A DNA stretch of 64,000 nucleotides from Phoronis australis. Its lineage: Eukaryota; Animalia; Phoronida. Of the stretch, positions 11,151-23,400 are shown in pieces. The stretch's first letter is position 1, and each line of letters begins with the position of its first letter. The notes beneath the pieces were generated by a model, which did not search any database, was not told the DNA's origin, and worked only from the letters and a program-made list of their open reading frames with translations. The DNA lies in contig NMRA01000059.1 of assembly GCA_002633005.1 (NCBI GenBank), positions 547,883-611,882 of the forward strand. Direction: 5' to 3'. A program made the translations under genes and the position numbers.

Positions 11151-13369
11151 GGTGACCGTCGTAACGAGAAAAAAATCTATAAGTACATGACCTTAAACAA
11201 TAACGAACTGTCATGAGTTCTTTCAAAGCTCATCTCCAACTTTACTAAAGAACGATTTGAGACCTATTTCATAACGATAAGTGGTCTATATCAAGTATTA
11301 TTTTTGTGTCAAAGGGCGGGTTTGTTGCCGCTTAGTTATATTGGTAGCTACAATGAGTATGTACGCGAACGCCCGGTCGCCATAAAGCAAACATGTGCGT
11401 GAGTGCGTGAAACCGTTGGTCTCGAGTTGCAAGGCATTGGTATTCCGAAGAAAGAATCCAACCACGAGCTCATTTTAACCATTGCATGATGATTATGGGA
11501 CACTGCCTTTAGAATAGTGTAATCTAGGATTCGTTGATCATCAAACTCAGAAATTTATATTTGCTTTGACAAAAATGAACTGTTGTGAATATTAGTAACC
11601 CGTATGCCTCTTTGTATGTAGTGTAAATAAGTCTTGCTTGGCCCGGCCATGTTTGGCTATTTATGTTGAATTCTAACTGAAGCGCTTCCCGGAACCAATA
11701 AGCTCATCCAATGTTGCATTATTACTAGATGAGTTGCCAACTGCTGCTATTTTGAAAATTGCAATTTTAAGGTTGGCTAACCCCAAACTCTGAAGCGTAC
11801 ACACGTAATCAAATGTTTTCAAAATAACTAGAATTAGATTGTGTAATTTTCCGCCAAAATAATTTTTGAATATCTGGTGGTGCATCAAAACATGGCCGCC
11901 ACAGTTGGACATGGCCGCCACAGTTGGACACTGAACATCACTTTTTATGAATTGCCAGGTCCCGGGCTACTGATTAAGTTGAGATATCGAGATAAGTAAA
12001 ATATAAAAAAGCGATGTCTTTTTCCAGCCACCGTAGAAGGATGCATAGTCATTTACGAAATGTCCAATTTTCAGTGGTATTGCCCGTCTGATTAACCCTT
12101 TACTGTGTTCTAAACTTGTGAAAATAAAGGGGAAATGTCTTTAAGTAAACATCCCACAATGGTTCAGGTTACAAAAGTCCTTTCACTATGTTTCTGTACA
12201 GGTTACACCCCCAGAGGACTGCATCCACGGACACTTCATCACAGTCACACTTTCTCGGGTTTTCACTTTTTGGCGATGTGGTTGTCCTTACGTGTATATT
12301 AAAATCAACATTCTCTCATTTGTTGCAATACAAATATTTGTCACAATTACTGGACCGTGTGTCAATAGCGATTTTCAAAATTATGGTAATTATTGATCAT
12401 TTGCTGAAGATCATACAATTAGACAGCATGTCGGATGTTAAGTTTTTGCTGCATTCTTTGTACGAAAACTAAACCCTGCTGTATTCTGTTAAACTGTTAA
12501 CTGAGACTAGATGACTTTTGAAATAAAATAATGCTATGCTGAATAGCTGGCACTCGTGTGAAAGGGTTAACGTAATAATACAATACAAAGTTCTCCACAA
12601 GTCATTAATAATGGCGATTAGCGCTAAGTTGAGGACAATCATGGGCAGCGTGTCGAGAGATCACGTAACGGCAGTGGTATGATAACTGATGATTTGGAAA
12701 GTTATAATTGACGAGGTACAGGTCACAATTGCAAGTTTCGTGAATCACTGAGACTTATAGTTTACAATTTTTAATTTTTACAATTTTTCAGGTTTGTGTA
12801 GTCACAAAGAAGGGTGTAAGACTGAACGTCGAAGCCATATCAGTGTGGCACAAACTTAATCGAAGCACAAGTCATACCGACTCCAGCTTTATCCGCGACG
12901 TATTTATTTTGAACGAACGCAGACTGGTAACTCACAGGCTTCGGGCCAGCTTGCTAGTGATAGCACTAGAGCCCGAGATCTGAGGCACTTCTCCCATGTT
13001 GAGGAATACGGAGTGATCGACTTGCAGCTCAGGCACGTGATCATCCTCACTACCCACTTTCCTAACTTCAATTCCAGTCAAAGTTCTCTACAATTAAATA
13101 TGGCACCTTTTCCATTTAATTGTTTCAGAATAAAATTTTCTGTGGGGGTTCAAAACACTGAAGCTGTTCCTTCTTGTAACCGTTCGCATATAAAACTTGT
13201 ACAAAAGTGTATACTTAAAATTTTAGTTGCAAAGGTTTGCGCTTTTCATTTTTTGTAGTCATTGCATAACGTGAGCGGACACAAAAAACACCGTTGACCT
13301 TTGCTGTTCTTACAGCTTTCGCGGAACTTTTCCTTAGAAAGTCGTGCCAGGTAGTGGCCCCCCTAGGCC

Positions 13370-13464
13370 GGGTTAGGGTTAGGGTTAGGGTTAGGGGTTT
13401 GGGTTAGGGTTAGGTAGTCCGCACACGGTCTAGATTTGTCGGTGCATCAGTATCGTTAGGGTTA
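13370..13464 (+). repeat. Interstitial telomeric (TTAGGG)n tract
   Basis: About 7 TTAGGG-type units at 13370-13414 plus gttagggtta at 13455-13464. Confidence 0.85.
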
Positions 13465-14442
13465 CGGGACCTGAAGCTCCCGAAGCGGAGAACTTGACAG
13501 TTCACGAGTTTGAGCGCTCATTTGACAAACATCACTGTTATTAATATAGTAGCCAACGCACTTGCGATTTCACGGCGCGGTTCAGGCGGCAAATATTTGC
13601 AATTGGCCGGCACTAGCGTGTTGCAAATGACCGTAGGAACTGAGAAACGCCGGTTAGTTATTTTTTCTGTAATTGCTTGCATGAAGTTATATTCATAAAC
13701 CCGCTTTCCTTTATAGTTTTTATTTAAAACACTTACCGTCACAATTGATTTCTGGGTTTGGAACATAGTCCGTTGGTTCGTTATGAGACCAGGCTCCACA
13801 ATCATTAGTTCGTGTCGTCTTGACGAACGTGTCGCTTAAGTCGCCGAGCGTGATTTCAAACCCAGAAATTATAAGGAACAGGTCTCTAAAAGCACTTTTA
13901 ATTAGCAACATTTATGAGAAGTTCGCTAATCAGTCTCCACGCGAGTTTGCAGTCACTCTGACTTCATTTAATTTTTTCTGAAGCAAATTAGAGTTAAGTT
14001 TTCTCATAGCAGACGAAATATATTTCCTATCAGACTTACACGTGTGTTAGAGAAAAATAGCCAATCAGTTTTATCAGGGCGGACCGCAAAATGTCACTAA
14101 GTTCGACTAGTTGCAAAGCACCGTACGGAACACGTCAGTACTTTTATTTCTTAAATACACAACAGTCGTACTCATCGTTACTCCAGTGCGGTTCGCACGG
14201 TATATTTTCACCATATCTGAAATTAAACGACCGGTAAAACTCATCAATCATTCATTTGCAAATTACATGCTAAATTCGTTGATTAATTATAATAAAAGAA
14301 GGGGGGACTTTACCGACTTTTTAAGATGTCTTTCATCACCGATAGGATCGTTGCAGTTTACCGGATGCGGTTGACTGATGATGTTTACTTTTTGATACGG
14401 CGTGTGGTATAGATTTCTTGAGTCTCTTGAGATGTCTGCAGA

Positions 14443-17400
14443 ATGAAAATCGGAACCAAGAGGCGACTTACTTATGTTAACATAGCACTACTTTTTCTTT
14501 TCGGTGGAGTAGAATATGGTGAGTTTTGAGTATTATTAAACTGTTGTATGCCGCCTAGAAGCAAAGACCTCGAGTGCCTGACCTACTCAGGTCGATCAGT
14601 GGACCCTGGATCCGACCTTCGCTTCTTCAATTTCAGACGACTACAAGTTGCACATTCCTAAACATATGCAATGCTAATAATGAGCAGAGGAGAACAAGAA
14701 AAACAGGATGTTTGCATTTGATAACCGTATGCCATTCTAAACTCTTAAGACGGGCTTTTTGGTAGAGTCTGCAAATGCTTGAAATGTTGGCGGATGCAGT
14801 ATCACCGATGGAGCTCATAATTTGCATGTTGCATTTAACCATCATATAGGTTGTTATACTGCATTTTTTTTGCTGAAGGTTCGGTTTTCAAAAAATGACA
14901 AAAACTGTGTTTTTTCCCGTTTATTATGAGAAACTTGACACTAGAGTGTACCTCAAAAACAGGCAAATGTATTCCGCTTCATCTGATGTTACATTGGATA
15001 ATTAGCCTTAAAAAGCGATTGGCTATTAAAAATAACTGTATTTTGTCCAAATAAAAAAATTTAAACAACTTCTTTGTTCTTCTTTGTTGATTTACCGTCG
15101 TTCTATTGAGGGCAGTGAAGTTAGATGTACAAAAACGTGATTTTTGTCCAAGTTCAAAGACTTATTTTTAGGAATCGCAGAGGTTTACCCAAAAAAGATA
15201 TGCATTTGTGCTTGAATTGGACTTCGCTCTTTTATTTCATCCATAGCTAATATTTGGTAAAACTTACCCCAGGCTCACAATTTTGAAACGATCGGCCGTA
15301 GTGAATTTTCGAAAATGCCCTGGAGGCGTCGCTAGTAAACGGTCATAAATTGCTAATTTTGGTATATTCGGCGTCATGCTTGTACTTTGCACTGTGATGT
15401 AATAAGTCAAAGTCCAAGACGCACTTTATGAATGGCATGACACAGGGAGAAAGGGTTAGTTACATTGGCTTTCATCTCAGAGCCTTTCGGTTCGAGATTA
15501 GCACAAATCAAAATGGCTGTAGCAGACGACGGCTTCAGCTGTTCGTTTGCAGGAAGATCAAGCTATAAATGCTCAACAGTGGGCGAACAAAGAAATCTGT
15601 TACCGGTTAGTTGCTGCAAAAATAATACGGCGAGCTATTTGAAACAAATTAAAGTGTCTGAAGACATTGAGGAATGGCAGTTGTTAATGAACCGAGGAGG
15701 ATTTGAGCAACTAGACGAGCTCACAGTATGTCCCCGACACCGCTTGGACTTCGGCTTGGGGTTTCGGCCGAAGAAACACTGTTGTTATCCAGGTCATCGT
15801 GGTCGAAGGGGTGGAGGCATAACTGCATCCAAGTCGAGCAGACCGGTGACCATGAAGTTCGCAAGTGTTGTAAAAAGTTTTAGAAATGAGATCTTACCCA
15901 TTGGCGCAGGTGAGGAATATTGTGAAAGCTAGTAAAGCATTACTAATTTTGTAATTATGATTTGTCTCTGGCATAGATGTAGTCATTGGTGAGGGGTTCA
16001 AGTGGATCAATTGCTCGCCATTGATCATTGCAAAATAAGTTTCCCACCAGTATCGAATCATTTCAATTTTGTGTTTATCTTTCTGGGCCCGGTCTCTAAT
16101 CTTTGTACTCGAAACGAACTCGAAACTATTTTTGGCAATTTCTCTGTTCCTTTTGTGCGAACTTAAGATAATTGGTTATCAGACTGTGCTCGAATACATT
16201 ATAGTTTATGCATAGGAGTTTCTAGTTCAAGTTTGCCCTTGAAGACCCTTATATTCGTGCTACAAACTCGAGTAAAAACTCGAAATTTCGAGTTCAAACT
16301 CGAACTTATTGCTTTAATATTTAGTTTACAAACTGTGAACTAAGGGCTAACTACGTAAGTTATTGTGTACTCGAGCATAGAATAATAGACAATTATCTTG
16401 AGTTCGCCCAAAACTAGAGTAGAAAATGCCAAACCTAATTTCGAGTTCCATTTCGAGTAAAAAGATTGGAGACCGGGCCCTGGTCTCATTCGCCCCACCC
16501 CTACCCAGTGCCTCACCTGTTGAAACATCTGTGCCAGTGATGACTTTTATAACGTTACTCTAGTTGATTGAGGCAATCTTTGTTGATTTTAATTATCATG
16601 CAAACACACTGTCCTACTGTATTCACCTTCTAGTTTGATGTCTCATGAGCCTCAGGCTGGAAATTGATTTAATCAGAAGGCAGAACTACTATAATTTATG
16701 GTACATATCAAATTTGGTTTTGCCAGCGAGTCTATCCTGCTGGATCAAGGCCAAAATTATACCTTCTGACCCCTCAGAGACTCTTAGTCCCAGACACAGT
16801 GCATCCATTTACCCATGCAGCACAATATTAGTGGCGGATTTAGGGGAGGGNNNNNNNNNNNNNNNNNNNNNNNNNNNNCTAAAATTCTCCCAGATTCCAT
16901 TTAGCAGTTCAAGGATGTGAAGGTCTGTGACTGTCTGACGGGCAAAATCCTGGCTAAAACTATGCCCTGGCCCTCCCTAACTCAAAATCCTGGATCTGGA
17001 GGGTAAGATGTTGTGATTTCTGGGTGCTGTATGGCATACCAGTAGTCAGTATACAGGCCATGATTTGCAATTTATTCGCCTACTTACAATGGCTTTGGTT
17101 ATCAGTGAAGAAAGGTCATCTGCTGTGATCGAGTCTTGAACCTGGTGTTGTTCTTGCGTCATAACCAATCATGGTAAGAGCTGATGTCCATATAGTTGAG
17201 TAAATTAGAGGCCTTCATACAGGCCAGACCATTTTGAAAAACTATGCAGAAGTCACAACAGACTGGTGATGACAGTGACCAAGTGGTATAAAGCAGCAAA
17301 TTTAGGTGACTGTTGTGTTGTAATGACGTGAATGCTCCTGCCCATCCGAGATGAGACCAACTTCCGAAAGATTGAGTTAACATGGCACTGCACTCATTCT

Positions 17401-20400
17401 ACAGTTTTTGCATCCAAAGTGCAATGTGTGGCAAGCTTTTGTCCCGTTTCCTCACAGTCAGTCACTATCTTGTATCCTGATTGTTATGTAATCCATTATC
17501 CTAACACTGGTAGTTAAACTTTTTATTCTTGCATTTTGGGTTACAGTGATTCTCAAATCTTTGCAAAAGGACAAATTTTAGGGGTAAATGTCCAATAAGT
17601 GACAGGCCCTTAGGGCCGACCACCACAGTTTTTTTGTTGCACCATCAAGAGTAGAATGTCTGTTAGTGATTTATGTATGGTTCTTTGGAATTCTATGGAG
17701 AAGAATTGATAAAAAACTAGTCTGTTATTATAACTGCAACTTACTTTTTGATTGCAGCTATTTGTGGTAGTTGTAGATTTTTGGTCTACAAACAACGGAA
17801 AGAACACTTTGGTGAGGGCACGTCATCTCAAGCTTCAGGGGAATTGGTATGTTATAATGGAAAAAATACACCACAAGCTGTGAATATAATCACTATCCAG
17901 TGGTATGAAGAGCTCATTGTTTTTTTTTAATTTACCATCATGTTACTAAAAATGTTTTGACTATATCAAATGGTATTGACCCATTGTCACTAACTGAGAT
18001 TGATTCGCCGATGGATGAAGGAATGGATATTCATACTAGTAGCTGGTGCCCTTACATACATGTATTATAGGGGGATAAAATAGTTGTCTATCGGCGACAT
18101 GTTTTTGACCTAATTTTTTAGCCCATCCTGAGCCTATGTTCGGGGTACTGGCGGTGAATCTTTGTGTCACTTGGTCATCAGTGAGTTGTTCTTAGTGATT
18201 GTAACTACTATGCCCTGTACAACTACTGGTACGCACCATTCCCTTGGTACATATATATTGCACTATAAACAACCTTAGTTGTACCAAATTTAGTTAGACG
18301 TTTAGTAATAGATGTTTGAAGGGGCTGTTACCAGTACATAACATTTGTTCAGGCATATAGCTACCAGCCCAATAGTACATTACACTTGAAATAAATAAAC
18401 AAACATGATACAAAAATATTTACAGAAAGCATCTAGTTACCAAACATTCCTAACTTTATTTAGGCCACTATTGATTCATCTGCAACCACAGGAAGTAAGC
18501 AAAGCTCACTTGAAACAGAATCATCCGAACAGGTAAGTGATATTCCTTGAAAGTAGAATCTTCAAAATCATGCTCTCTTTATATGGCTAAAGCTTAATAC
18601 TCTTTATGCGTTTACAAATTTAATAGTCGAACAACACACTTTCGAAATCTTCAGTGTAGGAATAGTTTGTCACAACCAGGGTAGACTAGCACACTTTAGG
18701 TAAACTTGAGATTTGGCGGTCGGTGTGCTTTATTGTTTTTTAAATGCGCTATATTGTTATAAAGTTCCTCTGTAATTAACATCCCATCCATCATTTCTGT
18801 TGCTTACCCCCTGATTACCTCGAAAACCACTTGACAGACCATAAAATTTGGCATAACGTGTCAGTTTCAGTCGGCAGACTTGAGCACCTCCTGTTGGCTC
18901 AATTATTTTTGACAAGACATTCCTTTTCTGTAAATGCTTGGGGAAAACTTGTTTGTCGAATGTGGGATAGTTGACTTATAGACATACTTCTTGTGTTTCT
19001 TTGTTACAGTCATGAAGCTTGTTTATGTTTTACAACTAGCTAAATATAGAAATAATAAATAGCGTACCATGTGGTCAACTTTCTGCCTCACTTTTCATTT
19101 TTTCTAGTAATGACAGGTGATTACAGTGATGGCTAATTACACTTGTGCTCATTCGTTTACATAGGGAGTGATGTGACATTTCATCGATCATTGTTGTTGT
19201 GTTTCAGCCCATCATTGATACATCTGTTGCCCTAGGAAGTAAGCTGTTGCAAAGCTCACACGAAAGATTATCGCCTGAACAGGTATGTGAATTTCCTTGA
19301 ATAGATGGCAAGCTTTGGAAAGCATCATGTACACTTTATGTGCTAAGATACCACTACAAGTGCAGGGTTCAACATAACGAGCTGCTGGCCGCAAATGCGT
19401 CGTAAAATTTGAAAATGCGAGCTGACATATTATTACCAGCTCGTATCAAGTCGCAAAATGCGAACTGGAATTTCCACTGTATGCGAGCTGAGTTTTCACT
19501 CTTCTTGGCAGATACCTGACAAATGTAAAGCAATTTGTATGAATCCAACCGCAATTTGGTTGTTGCCTAATCAAGTTCAAAAGAACACTAACCGAGAACA
19601 GCTATAGTCCTCCCGATGACTTGTCAACATGTCGCATGAACATGGCATAATGCAGAATCCATCTTTGATGCATTTCATTGTCTCTGACATTTTCGGATAC
19701 TTTTTTCAGCGAGCATTTTCTCCCTTTTCACATTGCTAAATTATCTACTCGAATGCGCGTGTCGGTTAGGGAGCACCGATTTAACTTTCTAGCCATGCGC
19801 TGTACAGCATTTCAATGGCGGTCATGAAGAATAGTAACACGGTACCTGTATGTAAGAACTCAAATTGCGATTTGAAATTTGTGAGTATAATGCTGCATGG
19901 TAGAGCATTATCTAAACATTTTCTCGGTGATCTAAAAAATCTATTTGGGCACATAATTGGTGATGGCTGGCCATAGGTGACGATAATATTTGGCAAACTT
20001 CTGTTTTTACTGAGCTTTTATTTTTTTAGGATCCTGAGATTACTTTCCGTGTACCACAAAGGCCTGCTGCACAGCATTTGCAAGTATTTGCATCAAGCTC
20101 ATCAGATGAGGACTCGGCTTTGATGTCACATATGGTAATTTTCATGGGAAATCTTATGCAACAGTTAGTTCGTTATTTATTTGTAAACACAGAAGAATTC
20201 GTGGTCGCATATACAACACAAGTCAAAAATAACCAAACAATTTTTAAATTACTCCTAATTCCACACCTTGCTGAGAATAAGCAAATTTTACAGCCATAAG
20301 TAGCCACCTGTCATGATGTGGAAAGTTAACCTGTTGGACACGCCATTCGTTATTTTTAAAGGTAGAATATCAAGACATAAATAAGCTACGCAGGAGTGTC

Positions 20401-23400
20401 AGAACAAAAAGGAATAATGGTTTAGGACATATCATTACCAGTCATTTTCAGCCAACACAGGTTGTGTGCACCCCGTTTATCTGCTTTACTATCTTTGCTT
20501 ATTGACATATTTCTCAAAAAACGTTTGATGGATCATGGTAAAATTCAGCACTGGGTTATAAAGAAAAATATGCTGACACTAGATAATTTTCTTACAAATT
20601 TGACTGTCATGCCACCTCATAAGGGCCGATTTCTAATTCAAAACAGTTCATTATCAGTTTTGTCAAAATGACTATTCTGCAGGTTTTGGTGTAAAATCGG
20701 TTCAGTTTTAATTGACTGATACTGTTACGTGACTGGTGTGTTTTTGCATTTTCAGTACTAAAGACCCGTTTAGTAAAGTCAATCTGACATTACAACTTAT
20801 TTATTCTGTGATTCAGAGCCTCAGAATTTTTACTATTTCATGATGTTTTGGAACTCGCACTATTTTGTCACAAATTTCTTTTCCATCGTAATCTAAACTA
20901 TCCAGTTAGAGTAACACAGATAAGACATTTTGGAAATGAAACCGTTTAATTATTTCAAGTTATTTGTATACTGTGGCATATAATCAAATAATAATGATAT
21001 AATATATACATCCTCATGTATTATTCTTTAAGGGTTACCGTGCACCAGAAAGACTCGAGCCATTGAAAAGTTCCTCTGATGAAGACTCAACTGCAAGACA
21101 TCACTTGGTAATTTCTATGTGTTTTAGAAAAAGTGTGGATATGTGTCCAGTTCTTTTCCAAGCTTCCATATATATGCAAAAAACATACTATTTTAAAAAC
21201 ACATATATATCATTTGCATGCAGATCAACATTTTGGCAATGTAGGTAAAGTTCTAAGCCTGTTTCATTACTACTTCTACAATGACACTCAGGTATTGAAC
21301 TATCAAACTTGCTGAATGAAGAACTGCTTATTAGAATTGCTGAAATCTTCTACCCATTGCTAAAATCTATCATTTATAGGCTTTGTCTTTCTGGCCTACC
21401 ACATATTTTGTTTTTATTTTTTTAGTTTGTGAGGATTCAGAAAGCTGATTTAATCTGTCAGAACCTAAGTTCATTAGAACTACCTAAGTGACATCTTGTT
21501 CTTTTTGAACTTTTTCATGATTTCTGTAAGTTAATCACATGTAAATTATGTAAACTGATTTACATATAGTTGATGTTGATACACTTATTACTCAACCAGC
21601 TTTGCAAATTATGTGTAATAAAGAATAAGTCATGTTTACGGGCATCTTTTATTTTCTATTAGGCCTCATCCACTCCGTGGGGTGACCAGTATGCTGAAGT
21701 GCAATTTCCCTCTGGATCTGACATTGTCTCTGATGATGACTCCCCTCCGTTTAAGGTAAATATGGAATCCATGCGGGCTATTATTGAAAATGACAAACAT
21801 CAAAAGAAAATAAAATAAATGTTAATTTTCAGGTGAAGTGAAAACATTCTCTTCTCAAAGTGAAATCATACGAAGGTTCATACTTGGTTGAAGAATGTGT
21901 GGGGCTGGCCACTACTATTCATAGAATCCATGTATACTCAGTTTAGACACAGTGTGCAAACTGGTGTCTTCTTATCACTCTGCACTTTTCATCATATTTT
22001 CACAAAACTATTTCTACAGGTTTGCCTTTCTCCACATAGTAAAAGTCACATAATTTGGATATATCCGAAGCAAGTCCTTTTAGTTCAATAAGCTGAGATG
22101 AGACTCATCTCTAGAGCCAAGTTCATGAACATGATCATCCATAGCCTAGAAAATGAAGAGAAGGTGCAACCTGAAACTCTTTGGTTTTATACATATCAAA
22201 CATGTGCAAGAAGAAGTTCCTCTATGAATGAAATTGTGAAATTGTTTGTACTTGTATATGTCAGCACCTTTAATCTTTCATAACAGAGGCAATGTTAGAG
22301 AATATGTTAGCACTGTAAAACTTGTCCTACTATATTCACTACTTATAAGACCTCATAATCCTAAGAAAGTTAACTTCCTAATTATACGTTTTGTTGTGAA
22401 TTAGTGCCCTTCTTGACCAGAACGTGCATGTTGGATATGTGCTGATTTCACGAACTAAACAGAATAATTGCCAACCAAAGGTATCGAACCTAAGTAAAAA
22501 TGGTATTAATTTAAAGGTTGAAAATCATCACTAACTTGGAAGGGACTTTCTGGTGACCTGGGATGTTTTCCAAGTGGCTAAACACAATCTGTACTTGCAT
22601 TAGTCAGCTGTAGGTCCCCAAATCGAGCACTGATGCGTGAAGCAGTTAGTTTAAATTTGACTGGGCACTAGGTTTTGATGTTAACTAAAAACAAGTTTGA
22701 CACAATATTGTATGTCCACGAGTACGGTACTTGGTACAGTAACTAAAGAGTAGATTGCAGACATTTATCAAGGTTTATTTAATGGGTTGATTTTATTATT
22801 TAATTTAAACTTTAATGTTTGATTTTAGCAACCTCGCTTAGAACTCCAGTCACTGAGTAGTGAGTCATCTTTATCCAGTGACGACAAGTCTGCTAGTGTG
22901 TGGATTGATCGCTCCATGGTGCAGAAAGATCAACGGAATATCCTAAACAGGCTTTTAGTAGAGCATGGTTTCCAGCCCCTGCAATCGACACTAAACACAG
23001 AATGGGAAGACCTCGGTATTCGACAGAAAAGCCACTATGTTGCAAAAATTAGAGAGTCATTCCAGGCAGTTCTGAGTTCCATTGCACCTGGTCAAGAAGT
23101 GAAGCTGTGGGATGTGATGTTGAGTAAACGTGTGTTTGCCAGTGAGAGTAAACCCAAAGCAAATATAGCAAGTGTGGAAAACCTCATTGAGGCCTATATG
23201 GAGGCATCAGCTAGGGCTAGAATGCAAATATTATCTTTGTTTGCTCACGATTTTACCAAAAAAGAATTACAGCAAGCTATTCCAGGACTAACCATTCACC
23301 AAATCGATCAAGCAAGAAACCATGCCAATCTGGTTGGAATGGGGGAAGAAATACCCGTCAAGAAAATTACAAGAACAAGATTAGATCCCTTAAAAATTGA

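Noticed and set aside
13200-13500. Telomerase RNA gene (template-like TAACCCTAAC on the minus strand)
   Set aside because: An adjacent multi-copy telomeric tract is not expected in a TR, and I could not identify a pseudoknot, CR4/5 or H/ACA domain
21833-22163. Additional transposase exons (acceptors near 21832, 22019, 22092)
   Set aside because: In-frame stops in phase 0; not needed for an open reading frame, possibly decayed exon duplicates
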